Shown in pieces: positions 24,570-36,008 of a stretch of DNA of 64,000 nucleotides. Numbering within the stretch: the first letter of the stretch is position 1; the number at the start of each line of letters is the position of its first letter. Position numbers and translations under genes: made by a program. The notes under the pieces were generated by a model. The model searched no databases, was not told the origin of the DNA, and saw only the letters and a list, made by a program, of their open reading frames with translations. Source of the DNA: Squalus acanthias. Taxonomy: Eukaryota. Where the stretch lies: the NCBI GenBank assembly GCA_030390025.1, contig CM059432.1:76386001-76450000 (forward strand). Direction: 5' to 3'.

Positions 24570-26324
24570 TTTGCAAGTCTGAGCAATAACCAGATCGTGA
24601 TATATCCTCCCTGCACACTCCTAGTTGAACCTTTAAATGCAATGTGTCCAAGGCTGCTTTAAATATCCCCACTGTAAATGAGTCATTGATGACATCATCA
24701 GACACGCACCATTTAATAGGGCTGGGAAACGCGCAGGCCTGCCTTAATAGGCTCCATTAACTGAAAGTCATTCTGAGGAGCAGGATGATAAGAAGAACAC
24801 GGTTCTGACCTGCCACGCAGTCCACATGCACCTGACCCGCCTAGGTAAGGAAAATTGCGGCCCTAGTCATTGGACACCTTCCACATCCAATAAGGCAACA
24901 TAGTCCTGGAAATAAAGACCATATTATATGAAAACTGACCCCATTTGGTCCCCATTTTGGGTAAATATTGTTCTTGGTAAATGGCAGTCTTGGACTGTAA
25001 ATGTGCTTTTTGACAAGAGAGAACGAGAGTGAGAATGAGAAAGAGTTACAGTTACATTAAAAGTGCAAGATATCATCTTAGAATCAGACAGCTCAAAATG
25101 GCTTCCTACACTGTCCTTTTTCACAGCATTGTCTGCTGGATTACAAACCATCCTAAATTAGGTTAGATCATGCAGAGTCTAAGGTGTACAGAGCTATTTT
25201 CTGTTGGTTGTTTTAAACCATGAAACAATGATGATAATGTACAGCACCATGGGTGATGGCCATCATGGGCTTTGCTAACTATTAAAACATTCATAAATGT
25301 AATTATTGTACAACATGAACATGTGTTACAGATATAATTATTGACCTTGGAGTGGTGGAATATAAAAAAATAATCCAACATATGACATCAGAAAGCATAT
25401 AACCCACTTCCCCTTTTGGTTTCAGATCTACATTTTTCCAGTATCATTCAGGATTATTTTCCATATCCCATCACTCCCTGTAAGTAATTCTAGAAATAAA
25501 GAATTTCTGGCCATTAATTTAAATGAGTGATATTGACACGAGAAATAATGGTCAAATAATTATACTTGACCACACAATTCTCTGCATTTCATTTGGTCAT
25601 TGTTGTGCCTGGCTGAGTATATATTTTTGTTTTTAACTTATTTGGGTTGTTTATAATCAGATTAATTTAATTAAATTATACATCATTTTGCCTAGTTAAA
25701 TTTGTACTTTTTATTGTAATGTGACTGTTAACAGGATCAACAATTTGGCTAGATCTATGCTAGTCTATTAATATTTTTGCTATTGACCTATATGTACGGA
25801 AATTCGAAAGAAACTGCAGAGTAATTGCAATATTTGATCAAAGTATCTTAACTGATCAATTATTACTCACTAACAAATCGCTCCCATTATAGTTGCTTCA
25901 AATGTGAAACAGTAAAACCTATACAGGCAGACTTAAAACATATCCCCAACATGTATAACAGGTTGATGGGGTGAATAAGTGGCTCTGCTATTTTATAATA
26001 TGTATGAGAGAAGGAGAGACACTATTGGTTTTATAAATTGCCACAGTGTATGGGATGAGGTGGGGGAGAGACTGTTGTTTCACATCACTGAGGTAGTTTA
26101 ATGTTAGAAAATCACATGCTAACTGTATGTAAAATGGCTGCTTCCAGTATAGAGCAGAATGTGGGGATGGAAAAATATTGATTTTATACTTGCTGCAATG
26201 GTGAATTGTTGTTTAACATGCCACATGGCAGAGAGTTACAGGTAGGCTTTAATAAGAGAGAGTATGAAGAATCTTAATTAGAAGCTATTCTGATCCAAAT
26301 GTGACAGTGACCATGGTAAACTAT

Positions 26325-27562
26325 CCACCCTCATCCTTCTCGACCTGTCTGCAACCTTCGACTCAGTTGACCACTCCATCCTCCTCCAACGCCTCTCCTC
26401 CGTCGTCCAGCTGAGTGGGACTACCTTCGCCTGGTTCCATTCTTATCTATCCAGTCGTAGCCAAAGAATCACCTGCAACGGCTTCTCTTCCTGGTCCCGC
26501 ACCGTTACCTCTGGAGTCCCCCAAGGATCTATCCTTGGCCCTCTCCTATTTCTCATCTACATGCTCAGCAACATCATTCAAAAACACATCAAGTTCCACA
26601 TGTAAGCTGATGACACCCATATCTACCTCACCACCACCTCTCTTGACCACTTCACTGTTTCTGAATTGTCATGGTGATTGTCCAACATCCAGATCTGGAT
26701 GAACAGAAATTTCCTCCAACTAGATATTGGGAAGACCGAAGCCATTTTTTCAGTCCCCGCCACAAAGTCTGTTCCCTAGCCACCGACTCCATCCCTCTCC
26801 CTAGCATCTGTCTGTGGCTGAACCAGACTGTTTGCAACCTTGGTGTCATATTTGACCCTGAAATGAGCTTCCGACCACATATCCGTACCATCACTAAGGC
26901 CGCCTACTTCCGCCTCCAAAACATTATCTGTCTCCGCCCCTGCCTCAGCTCATCTGCTGCTGAAGCCCTCATCCATGACTCTGTCACCTCTAGACTTGAC
27001 TACTCCAATGCTCGCCTGGCCGGCCTCCCATCATCCAGCCTCTATAAACCTGAACTCACTCAAAACTCTGCTGCGTATATCCTACCTTGCACGAAGTCCT
27101 GTTCACCCATCACTCTTGTGCTCACTGACCTACATTGGCTCCAGGTCTGGCAATGACTCCATTTTAAAATTCTCATCCTTGTTTACAAAACCCTCTATGG
27201 CCACACCCCTCCCTACCACTGTAACCTCCTCCAGCCCTACAACTCTCCGAGATCTCTCCTCCAATTATGGCCTTTTGTGTATCTCCAGTTTTAATCACTC
27301 CACCATTGGTAGCCGTGCCTTCAGCTGTCTGGGCTCTAAGTTCTGGAATTCCCTCCCTAAGTTTCTCTGCCTCTCTATCTCTCTCTCCTCCTTTAAGGCA
27401 CTTCTTAAAACCTACCTCTTTGACCAAGCTTTTGGTCACCTGTCCTAATATCTCCTTATGTGGCTTGGTGTCAAACTTTGTTTGATAATGCTGCTGTGTA
27501 GTGCCTTGGGACATTTTACTATGTTAAAGACACTATACAAATGAAAGTTGTTGTTGTTGTTG
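26325..27562 (+). mobile_element. L2 LINE, 5'-truncated
   Basis: LGVIFDPEMSF, SRLDYSN, LHWL and LKTYLF motifs; (GTT)n tail. Confidence 0.92.
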
Positions 27563-28239
27563 TATATGGAACTGATGATGGCAAACAATGTCCTGATTTC
27601 AGCATTATGTGGCACCAAGTAATTTGACATTTTATTTGTAAACTTTAACCAAACTTCCCAAAGCTAATTTTGAAACAATGTACAGCTGGTTCTGTATAAT
27701 TCTATTCAGCGTAATCTTTCACCATGTTAGCTCCATGGTGGAGGCCTGAGTGTAGATCTGGAGGCTATCCGCTTCGCTGAGGAAGATATATAATGCAAGC
27801 TGTTTATAGGAAGAGAGAAAGAAAATTAAAACAAAAATGGTGTGCATTATCAAGCCGGCCGATCTCTGCTCTTTAACCTGAATCCTGCCAATCACAGAGA
27901 TAGGGTGAAGTGTGGTACTCAGCAGCACTGAGCACATAGACTCTGATTTCTCAAATTGACCTTTGCTATGAACACTTCTCATGTTCTCATAATGGACGGC
28001 ATCAGGAAGAATTTTGTTTTCTAACATGTCGGCTTGTTCAGATCCCACGTATATTCTAGGAAAAGTAATTTTGTAGGTTCCATATATTTCTTTCTCATGA
28101 TAGTTAAAGGGTTTTAATTACTGGAAGCTTTGGCTATCTTGCTAATTCGTTGCGTGTTTGAGTCCCAGGGTCACTTGATTCTTGAATTGCTCGTTTTATC
28201 AATTCTGAATCACCCAGTCCCTCAGTTAACTGATAATGT

Positions 28240-28600
28240 AAATGTGCCATCTGGTGCTGTACTGAGCTGTACAGACCAGATCGGTCCCAGGTTCAGTCCC
28301 TGATCTGTACTCAATTGGTTGAACTCAGCTGGAGAGACAGTGAGGGCTTTATAATTGAACTCAGTGCTCCTTGACGAGGGAAGGGAAAAATTGTCCAGGG
28401 TTTCTACATTTTATCATTGTCTGATGGTTCGTGATGAAATTTGTATGTGGGTGTGGATATTGGATGTGGATTGGGTCGAACTTGTCTGTAATGCCTCACG
28501 TAGTCCAATAGTTTGGTAACACTCACTGTCCAGGCTAATACTTGAAGAATGACTCTTGGGTAAGGTACAACAGAGCCACTGGGGGCACACCCTACTGCAT
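28240..28600 (+). mobile_element. Probable degraded tRNA-derived SINE
   Basis: B-box-like CCCAGGTTCAGTCCC; the head resembles 39580-39700 (CAGACCAG...GGTT...TGAGTTAGTTGATCTTAGC). Confidence 0.4.
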
Positions 28601-29678
28601 TTAGGAGAAGGAGGGTTGGGGAGAGAACTGAATGAAAATAAATTCTCAGTCATGCATAACCTCTGCCTGAAGGATGGAAAAACTGAAATTAAACATTTTT
28701 TGATATTTTTAATCATTTTTTCTCTCCTATCTTCAGTTCCCTTGTATTTTTTGCCACCCCTGAGAAAGCAAGCTCCCACTATAGTTCTAAAATTAGATGC
28801 TAAGGGATATATTTTCATCCATTCACTAAGTGAAAAGGCAGATATGAATTTAAATTGAAAGATTCATACACACTTTATACTCAGATCTATTAAAATTAGC
28901 AAAGTAAGAAAACATAGTCCCAGGAGGTGCATGAGAACAACCTGGAGATACCTGTTTGTGGATGTGCCTGATCTCAGCTAGAATCACTGTCACAGTGGGA
29001 AAGCTGAGTTTAGAAACTCAACATGTAAGAGATTACAGATCAAAGTTTGTATTCATCACATTCAAAGGCAGAAAATCGATCCACCGTCTTGGCCACAGAG
29101 AGTCAAGAAAAAAGTGGGGGGAATAATTCTCACAAAAACATTGCATAATAAAATAGAAGAAAAGCACAAGGAATATGTGTATGCTGCACGAAGAGATCAC
29201 AACATGAGCATGACACAAGAGAAAAAGGAAAAATGTAAACTGCAAATAAGAACAAATTACTTAAAAGAAAGTATCAACAACCAACATTCTAATCTTCCCC
29301 TGTTTGTTCCAGATCAAATATCCCAAATTAAGACATGTTCCGACATCCCTTGAAGAATAAAAGCTAAAAACTTCAGCATTTCGAGGCCGGAATTGTCTTT
29401 ACCTGGGCGGGCTGGGTGCGGGCGATCGGCGTGGCGGGTCATGACCCCGTTGTTGCTTCCATCCCGCTGCAGAAATGGACTTTGCGCTAATGGAGCCTAT
29501 TAAGCCCACCCTGCACGTTACCCGGCCTTATTAAATGGTTCAGGTCTGATGACATCATCGATGACGCGTTTTCAGCTGGGATATTTAAAGGAGCCATGGC
29601 CACATTGGATTTGAAGGTTCATCTCGGAGTGTGCAGGCACGGCACTGGAGGTTTTCATTGCTCCAAACACTCGGAAAC

Positions 29679-31549
29679 ATGGCTGCACAGAGGCAGAGGG
29701 CTGCACCCAGGTTCTCCGATGACTCCCTCCATATGCTTGTGGAGGGAGTCAGAGCATGCAGGGAGGCCCTCTTCCCTTCAAATGGGCGGAAGGGACCTCC
29801 CCAGGAAACCAAAAGAGCCTGGCTCCAAATAGCAGAGGAGGTGAATAGCAGGGATGTGGTTAGGAGGACCTGGGCGCAGTGCCGGAAACGCTTCAATGAT
29901 CTCATTAGATCAGGAAAGGTGAGTACAAAGCCACACTCAACCTCATCCTGCTGTGCCTCTCATCACATCCCCATCACTCTGTCTTCCCAACCCTGCTCCT
30001 GCCCATCCTTACTCACACCAACATACCTTGCACGTCCACCCATCCCTCTCTCTCTATCTACATTATCACATCTCCATCTTACTAGCCACCCCTCACACTC
30101 AGCCTCATCCTAATGCAATCATACCAACTAACAACACACAAGGAGGCCACTTGGCATTGCCACCCCACTCCATCATAGCCTCCCTCTAAAGATGTAACCC
30201 ACACATTCCTTACACTCATTCCATCACTCTCACTCAACCTCTTCTTTGCCTCCTTGCAGGAAAAGAGAGCCCACAATAAGAGGGAGAAGGAGAGAACTGG
30301 AGGTGGGCCTCCATCATTTGCCACCCTCACAACAGCAGAGGAGGCTGTGTTGGAAGTATCGAGAGTCGACGAGCAGCTGGAGGTGGGAGACGGAGAGAGG
30401 GAGACATCTCAGCAACCTGGTGACAGAATTAAACATCATACAGCTACATGGCATATATCAGTCACTCATATGGGGACTGATATCATCATATGCATAATGG
30501 TATCTGTACCCATTCTTCATATGACATATCTAACTCATCTCTTTACTCTCCCACAGGTCCATCAAGAGCCCCCCCCCCACTGTCCAGGAGGAAGAGGAAG
30601 CTGACTCCTCAGAGGAGCCTCCAGCCTCTGAGGGCGCAGCATCACTAGACATGAGTGCACCCAGCACCAGCGCAGAGACACACACCTCGGTGGGTCCCAC
30701 GCGAGATAGAGTAGTGTTGTCACCTGGTGTCTCACAAGTCGCAAGTGAGCAAGAGCAGATGGTGGAGACAGGACGGCAGTGGAGACTCCTCGCCGGAGGA
30801 CGCAGGACGCTCCCAGCTCTGCTCAGCTGCATGCAGACGCTGAGCCTCGGGGGCCATCAAGAAAGAGGGCGATCCTGGAGGTGCAGGGAGAAGTGCAGGA
30901 GGCTCTGACAGGTTTAGCAACTATGATGTCTGCAAATGTTCAGAGAATGGAGGAGTCCATCTCCAACATCAGCACCACCATGTCACAGGTGAAGGCAACT
31001 GTAGGCTCTTCCATGGATAGGATGGCCACCTGCATGGAGCAGCTAATGTGCCACTCACAGGAGCACATGGTCTCTATGGAGGATAGATGGCTATCTGTAG
31101 ATAATAGATGGCAGAGGCTTATAGACCTCCTCTCTAGGAGGGATGTCAACGTAGACATGGGTCCTCATGGCCCCACTGCTGTGCAGGAAGGTGCTCTCCA
31201 GCTCCTTGCTAGCAGGGAAGTGCAGGTGACCCATGAGCGGGATGACGGTGAGAGGGCAGAGGGAAGTGTGGGCTCCTCTCAAAGCGCTAACAATTCTCCC
31301 CCATTGCTACCCCCTCAGTCAGAGCCCCAGATGCCTCCTCGGACAGCGATGGCCGAGTCTGCCCCTGCACAGTTGCAGGAGGAGCAGACTTTGGCGGGGC
31401 CATCAGAGGCTCCAAAACCCAGAGGATGTCCGCCAAGAGTGTCTAAGCAGTCGCAGCAGGGAAGTGAGCAGGCTGCCTCTACCTCTGCTGAAGCCACAGG
31501 GGTTGCACCTCATAGAAGCACACGTAAGAGAAAGATGACACACAAGTAG
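29679..31549 (+). pseudogene. Harbinger Myb/SANT-like gene, exons 29679-29918, 30260-30419, 30557-31549; frameshifted in exon 3
   Basis: MAAQRQRAAPRFSDD...WAQCRKRFNDL; donors GTGAGT and GTGACA, acceptors TTGCAG and CCACAG; basic C-terminal motif RSTRKRK. Confidence 0.9.
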
Positions 31550-31771
31550 ATTCACAAGGGTAGCCACTTGGGTGTTATAGTCAATGTTAATGTCAAGTTT
31601 CCGTTAGTGGGATCTCAACCATAAAATTTTTTATTTTCACCACTTTCCGGTCTTGGACAAATTTATGTACAACTTTTGGAAGTGGCTTAGTGAGTTGCAG
31701 TGAATGGTGAGACATAACGGTACCTCCAGCAATGGTGGTCAGTGTGAAAGGAATGGCTTGGTCATTGTAGG

Positions 31772-31954
31772 TGTGGTAACACTTTTCAGCTTCCTGTATG
31801 ACATCACTTCCTGTAATCAGTCCAGGATAAATACTGGACTGATCAGTTAGCTCTGGAAGAGGCATAGGGTAAGACCTCTTTTGTATGCAGCACCGTTTTA
31901 AGTTGATTAAAGCTTACATTAAGTTTACCACGCGTAAGGCTCATTCTTACGACA
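31772..31954 (+). repeat. 5' LTR
   Basis: TGTGGTAA...TTACGACA (imperfect terminal inverted repeat); identical to 36009-36191 on base-by-base reading. Confidence 0.98.
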
Positions 31955-31955
31955 A

Positions 31956-31967
31956 TTTAATCAACTT
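31956..31967 (+). promoter_or_regulatory. Non-tRNA primer-binding site, complementary to LTR positions 31900-31911
   Basis: TTTAATCAACTT is the exact reverse complement of AAGTTGATTAAA; no TGG follows the LTR. Confidence 0.7.
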
Positions 31968-32033
31968 TTGAAAAACTTCGCACTCAAACTTTTTGGACGA
32001 ACTCGGAGCTAAGGATCCAGGGAATCACCCATC

Positions 32034-35000
32034 ATGGAAAACATCCTTAAACCATCGCGTCTTGACTTGGACCCAAACACCCCAGCAGCCGGTAAGGTGT
32101 GGAAACACTGGTATCGCACGTTTGAGAATTTTCTTGAGTATTGCAAAGCGGATGATAACTCAAAGTTGCGGATACTCATCAACTGTGTCACCCCGAATGT
32201 ATTTCAGTATGTGGAAGACTGGGACAGTTATGAGGAGGCAATTCAGACGCTTAAGAGACTATATACTAAGACACCGAATGAGGTCTATGCTAGACATCTA
32301 CTAGCTACAGCCCAACAAGGGCCGGAGGAATCCATTGATAAATTCCTCCAAGAGCTTCGCAGACTTAGTATGGACTGTAACTTTCGGGCAGCCTCAGCTG
32401 AGCTATACCGCGAAGAAATGATCCGTGATGCGTTCATCTGCGGGCTTGCCTCCCCATTTATACGCCAGCGTCTACTGGAAAGTAAGACACTTGAGCTGCA
32501 GAGAGCTTATGACCTGGCTTGCTCTCTAGATCTAGCAAAACGAAATGCAGACCTTTTTACAGTGCCCAGACCTCGGTCTGCTGCCTTAACTACAGTCAGG
32601 CAATTTAAGAGGCCACAGGTGAACTCTATTAGGGAGGACTTTATCCCTGACGATCGATCTGATGACTTCACCGATGAAGAGGATGATGACCCCACTGTGG
32701 CAGCCTCTTGGCAATCTAAGAAATGCTTTTTTTGTGGGGATGAGTTTCACCCTCGGAGATTCTGCCCTGCTCGCAATGCGTTTTGCAGTCATTGCAACAA
32801 AAAGGGTCATTTTGTAAAGGTTTGCCTATCAAGAGCCTCTACGAGGGCTTATCAAGCTAAGTCCTACCGAACTGCCCCAGTAAGGGCCTATCAGGATGTT
32901 CCAACTAAAAACTATCGTGCTTCCTCTCGGGTTTTTTCTCGAAGAAACACACCTAGAATTTCAGCCACTCTTTGTGCAACGACACCAATTACAGCTGCTT
33001 GTCCTCAGAATCTATTCCATGCAGCTACAAAAGCATCAATTAAGGGACATACTTTAGATGCCTTAATTGACTCAGGTAGCACTGATAGTTTCATTAGGGA
33101 ACAGACTGTTGCACAGTTAAAGCTACATGTTTTTCCATTGGACCAGGCAGTTGCGATGGCTCAGTCATCACTTAATACCAGAATTTCTGGCTTCTGTGTA
33201 GTTGAAATAATGCTTAAAGGTCACAGGTATCCCTCCACCCGGCTTTCGGTGCTCAAGGACTTATGTAGTGATCTTATCTTAGGGCTGGATTTTCAAAAGC
33301 AGCATAAGAAGCTTACCATTGAGTTCGGCGGATCCAAACCTGAACTCACTATTTCTAATATACGACCTCGATTACCGTTCTGTGCCTTGTCAGCAGCTTC
33401 ACTGGATGAACCCTCACTGTTTGCCAGTATCCCTCCTCGATGCAAACCGATTATAACAAAGTCACGCCGTTTCAGTCAGGAAGACCAGTCTTTTATTGCG
33501 GCTGAGATTTCTCGGCTTTTAGCAGAGGATATCATCGAGCCTTGTTCGTCGCCATGGCGCGCCCAGGTCGTTATTGTTAAGAACCCTCTACAACCTCACA
33601 AGAAACGGCTGTGCATTGACTATTCACAGACCATCAATCAGTATACGGACTTGGACGCATACCCATTGCCGCGCATCGATGATATGGTTAATAAATTGGC
33701 TGAGTACACGGTGTTCTCGACTTATGATCTGAAAAGCGCCTATCATCAGGTACCCTTGAAGGTCTCAGACAAGCAGTATACAGCCTTTGAAGCCAATGGG
33801 CGGCTGTATCAATTTCGTCGCCTCCCCTTTGGGGTCACTAATGGAGTGGCTGTCTTCCAGCGAGCAATGGATGACCTGGTCAAACAGGAAGACTTGAAGG
33901 ATACGTTTCCTTATCTGGACAATATTACTGTCGCAGGTCGCAATCAGCAGGAACATGACGCCAATCTCCAACGATTTTGGGATGCACTCCAGCACCGTAA
34001 TTTGACATTGAATGCGGCTAAATCCATTGAGTCACAACCAACTATCAACATCCTTGGCTATTGTGTGGGCAATGGCATCATTAAACCTGACCCTGAAAGG
34101 CTTCGCCCACTCCAAGAACTCCCGCCACCTAAGAATCCGGCCTCCTTGCGCCGGGCCCTCGGCCTGTTTGCATACTATGCAAAATGGATTCCTAACTTCT
34201 CGGACCGAATCCAACCTCTACTGAAGGCCAGCACATTCCCACTAGACACAACGGCTGTTGCAGCCTTTAACCTCCTGAAAAAGCAGTTGGAGAAAGCGGC
34301 TCTTCACTCCATTGATGAGAGTCTTCCTTTCGTGGTTGAGTGTGATGCCTCGGAGGTGGCAATCTCAGCCACTCTGAATCAGGAAGGTCGTCCGGTGGCA
34401 TTTTTGTCCAGGACTTTTCAAGGGGCTGAGCTACATTATCCTCCAGTCGAGAAAGAAGCTACAGCCATCATAGAGGCAGTACGGAAGTGGAGTCATCTCC
34501 TGGCTCGCCAGCACTTTACCTTAATCACGGACCAGCGATCGGTCGCCTTCATGCTCGATAATCGAAAACGGACCAAAATTAAAAATAATAAAATCCAGCT
34601 TTGGCGGCTGGAATTGGCCTCTTTTGGTTACACCATCCACTATCGACCTGGCAAGGAGAATGTGGCTCCGGATACCCTCACACGAGCATTCTGCTCCGCC
34701 ATGGCACCCTCTACGCTCGTAGACATCCATGATGGGTTGTGTCATCCAGGCGTTACTCGCATGCTGCACTTCGTGCGGTCCCGAAATCTCCCATTCTCTA
34801 CCGGGGATGTAAAGAAGATGTGCTCGGACTGCAGAGTCTGTGCGGAATTGAAACCTCGGTTTTTCCGCCCCTCGGGTGGTATACTCATACATGCGACCCA
34901 GCCAATGCAAAGGCTTAGCATCGATTTTAAGGGGCCGTTGCCCTCTTCGACTCGCAACACTTATCTATTAACAATGGTTGATGAGTATTCTCGTTTTCCG

Positions 35001-35990
35001 TTTGCCTTTCCCTGCCCCAATATGCTGACAACCACGGTTATCAGCTGCCTTGAACAGGTATTTGCTTTCTGTGGCATGGCATCCTATGTTCATTCAGATC
35101 GGGGCCCTTCTTTTATGTCGGGAGAACTCAAGGCCTATCTCTCGGAACGGGGTATTGCTGCCAGCAAAACGACGCCTTATCATCCGGTTGGGAATGGGCA
35201 AGTCGAGCGTTTTAACGCTATCATCTGGAATGCGGTACGTCTGGCTTTGAGATCTCGGGGCCTACCCAACCAGCAATGGGAAGCAGTACTTCCAGACGCA
35301 TTACACTCCACACGGTCCCTCCTTTCGACCGCCACAAATACGACGCCTCATGAACGGTTCTTCCGATTTCAGCGTCGCTCATCCTATGGGACATCTCTCC
35401 CGTCGTGGCTGACTACACCGGGACCAGTGCTACTCCGAAGATATGTCCGGGCGTCTAAGAATGACCCCCTGGTAGATGAGGTTGAGCTCACTGACGTCAA
35501 CCCTACCTACGCCTATATTCGGTATCCTGACGGTCGGGAATCTACCGTGTCATTGCGGGATCTGGCTCCCTGCCCGCCGAAACATAGAGGGACACCAGGG
35601 GATGATATTGTACCAGGCACATCTCTGGGCTTGCCAGGTGCCTCTCATCATGATCGGGATCTAACGCCGGCTGGTACCTCACTCCAGCGTGCCGACCTGG
35701 GGCAGACTGACTATGAGCCCGTCGGGGCTCGCACGCGCAGCCACGATCAACCCTGTACCGTACGCTCAGAAACGGATCTGCCACAGCCCTGCCCGACACC
35801 CATTCGGGTACCAGTACACGGTCAGGATCGTTCTGACCCCTCACAGAGCGGGCTGGAGCACTCGGACTCTGGTCCATGGCCCGCAGCGGGTAAACGGGCT
35901 AGGGGCCCTCTACCGCTACGAGAACCCAAACGGGTGCGGCTCTCCCTCATCCAACGGCTACGAAATGGAGGGAGCATTCCGGCCTCCTAA
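32034..35990 (+). CDS. Gag-Pol polyprotein (Gag zinc knuckles, aspartic protease, RT, RNase H, integrase)
   Basis: CFFCGDEFHPRRFC and CSHCNKKGHFVKVC knuckles; LIDSGS protease; RT DLKSAYHQ/LPFG/YLDN; RNase H CDASE; integrase HHCC (IHDGLCHPG..CRVC) and D-D-E (SIDF, HSDRG, GQVER), in Gypsy domain order. Confidence 0.97.
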   Translation: MENILKPSRLDLDPNTPAAGKVWKHWYRTFENFLEYCKADDNSKLRILINCVTPNVFQYVEDWDSYEEAIQTLKRLYTKTPNEVYARHLLATAQQGPEESIDKFLQELRRLSMDCNFRAASAELYREEMIRDAFICGLASPFIRQRLLESKTLELQRAYDLACSLDLAKRNADLFTVPRPRSAALTTVRQFKRPQVNSIREDFIPDDRSDDFTDEEDDDPTVAASWQSKKCFFCGDEFHPRRFCPARNAFCSHCNKKGHFVKVCLSRASTRAYQAKSYRTAPVRAYQDVPTKNYRASSRVFSRRNTPRISATLCATTPITAACPQNLFHAATKASIKGHTLDALIDSGSTDSFIREQTVAQLKLHVFPLDQAVAMAQSSLNTRISGFCVVEIMLKGHRYPSTRLSVLKDLCSDLILGLDFQKQHKKLTIEFGGSKPELTISNIRPRLPFCALSAASLDEPSLFASIPPRCKPIITKSRRFSQEDQSFIAAEISRLLAEDIIEPCSSPWRAQVVIVKNPLQPHKKRLCIDYSQTINQYTDLDAYPLPRIDDMVNKLAEYTVFSTYDLKSAYHQVPLKVSDKQYTAFEANGRLYQFRRLPFGVTNGVAVFQRAMDDLVKQEDLKDTFPYLDNITVAGRNQQEHDANLQRFWDALQHRNLTLNAAKSIESQPTINILGYCVGNGIIKPDPERLRPLQELPPPKNPASLRRALGLFAYYAKWIPNFSDRIQPLLKASTFPLDTTAVAAFNLLKKQLEKAALHSIDESLPFVVECDASEVAISATLNQEGRPVAFLSRTFQGAELHYPPVEKEATAIIEAVRKWSHLLARQHFTLITDQRSVAFMLDNRKRTKIKNNKIQLWRLELASFGYTIHYRPGKENVAPDTLTRAFCSAMAPSTLVDIHDGLCHPGVTRMLHFVRSRNLPFSTGDVKKMCSDCRVCAELKPRFFRPSGGILIHATQPMQRLSIDFKGPLPSSTRNTYLLTMVDEYSRFPFAFPCPNMLTTTVISCLEQVFAFCGMASYVHSDRGPSFMSGELKAYLSERGIAASKTTPYHPVGNGQVERFNAIIWNAVRLALRSRGLPNQQWEAVLPDALHSTRSLLSTATNTTPHERFFRFQRRSSYGTSLPSWLTTPGPVLLRRYVRASKNDPLVDEVELTDVNPTYAYIRYPDGRESTVSLRDLAPCPPKHRGTPGDDIVPGTSLGLPGASHHDRDLTPAGTSLQRADLGQTDYEPVGARTRSHDQPCTVRSETDLPQPCPTPIRVPVHGQDRSDPSQSGLEHSDSGPWPAAGKRARGPLPLREPKRVRLSLIQRLRNGGSIPAS

Positions 35991-35996
35991 TCTTTT

Positions 35997-36008
35997 GGGG
36001 GGGGAGAA
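35997..36008 (+). promoter_or_regulatory. Polypurine tract
   Basis: GGGGGGGGAGAA directly before the 3' LTR, preceded by TTTT. Confidence 0.9.

Larger units (their letters stand above)
20636..24862 (+). mobile_element. Full-length two-gene PIF/Harbinger transposon (copy A), decayed
   Basis: TIRs GGCCGAAATTTTCCT / AGGAAAATTGCGGCC; 3-bp TSD CTA (20633-20635, 24863-24865); convergent transposase and Myb genes. Confidence 0.93.

Noticed and set aside
35560..35990. Chromodomain or env gene at the Gypsy 3' end
   Set aside because: The tail is low-complexity Pro/Asp/Arg-rich with no aromatic-cage or transmembrane pattern, and the ORF ends next to the PPT.
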